Origin: Rhynchobatus australiae | Taxonomy: Eukaryota | Reading direction: 5' to 3' | DNA length: 64,000 nucleotides | Assembly (NCBI GenBank): GCA_034780895.1 | Contig: JAUZTB010000074.1 | Coordinates: forward strand, 11,629,127-11,693,126 | Part shown: one piece after another, positions 62,936 to 64,000 of the stretch | Layout: each line of letters opens with the position of its first letter | How positions within the stretch are numbered: the stretch's first letter is position 1 | The notes under the pieces: model-generated | The model's database searches: none | What the model was told of the DNA's origin: nothing | Seen by the model: only the letters and a program-made list of their open reading frames with translations | Position numbers and translations under genes: made by a program

Positions 62936-64000
62936 CATATTACTTTCTGAACCTGTTTCTTTGTATGGTATTACAACATCTTAAGAGGCATTTAGACAGG
63001 CACAAGAACAGGCAGGTAATCCACAGGCAGATGTGTAGTCTAATTCGATGTTATGATCAGCATGAACATTATGGGCTGAAGGGTTTGTTCCTGTGCAGTA
63101 CAGTTCTATGTTCTATTAAGGGTGTTATACACNNNNNNNNNNNNNNNNNNNNNNNNNNNNNNNNNNNNNNNNNNNNNNNNNNNNNNNNNNNNNNNNNNNN
63201 NNNNNNNNNNNNNNNNNNNNNNNNNNNNNNNNAATAGGCACTAGTTTAAGACTATGCAAAATAGAACATTATAAAGTTACTTGCGGCTCTTCTGTAAGAG
63301 AACAATCCTCGAAAGGATTCAAACTTAAGAACATAAGATGTTCTTATGGTTGGATATGCTGTTGAGATTCATTGTCTAGGATCAGACAAGGATATTGGTT
63401 TGATTGATTCTAGCTAATTGATACCAAATTCTCTTAGATCCTTGATCGCAGTGGAAGCCAATATCAGGAATGAAGAGGAGAAAGGAAGAAAGAAAAATAG
63501 AGGAGGTAGAAATAATTTTATAATGACCAAGACCAACCTCAATATCTGAACTGCAGCTCAAAAGAACTTTTCAGTCAGACAGCCAGGGCAGAGTATTACA
63601 GCACAGAAGACCCATGGACTCCTTCAAAGAGCAATCCAGAGAGTTACACTGCCCCACACACATTGCTGCAAGCATTTTCTCCTTCTAGTATTTACCAATT
63701 CCCTATTAACGGCCACCATTGAATTTGTTGCAACCATACTATTAGGGAACCCCATTCCAAGTGCTGTTCAACAAATAAAAAAGCTTATCCTCTGTTATTT
63801 TTTGCTTGTTGCTAATGACGACGAATCTGTTCCCTTTGGCCCTTGACCTTAGAATCAAAAATTTGGTTCCACTTTACTTACTTGATCTAACACCTCCACC
63901 TCTTTATTTTCAGAACCTTAATCAATTTTTAATTAAGTCTCTTCTTTTCTTTCAATGCTGTATGGAGATTGACCCCAGCTTCCCCAGTCTATCCATGATC

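Noticed and set aside
1325-64000. NTRK3 first kinase exon ([22 protein letters not shown])
   Set aside because: Not found by eye or in the ORF track; presumably beyond the window or inside a gap.

Overview
Eukaryotic, not microbial, DNA. It is a gappy draft-assembly scaffold from a cartilaginous fish, most likely a batoid (ray, sawfish or guitarfish), judged from its SINE/LINE repertoire. The window lies inside the NTRK3 (TrkC) gene on the + strand. One unambiguous coding exon (1133-1324) encodes the juxtamembrane segment with the NPQY Shc-docking site. The rest is a very large downstream intron; I found no kinase-domain exon ([11 protein letters not shown]...) in the window. Main finding: a strong, phase-compatible splice acceptor at 37615 opens a short terminal ORF (CFKESTVTIPNPPWDLCY*) whose start matches the amniote truncated TrkC.T1 terminal exon (C/GFRE...), with AATAAA signals about 2.5 kb downstream. 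The intron is filled with degraded CR1, L2, RTE and Rex/Babar LINEs, tRNA-derived and Deu-domain SINEs, Penelope-like palindromes carrying hammerhead-ribozyme remnants, a Tigger-like MITE, a probable Harbinger transposase fossil, minisatellites and several enhancer-like repeat-free blocks. Repeat coordinates are approximate, and family names and reference peptides are recalled, not searched. Nearly all ORF-track entries are spurious or span gaps.
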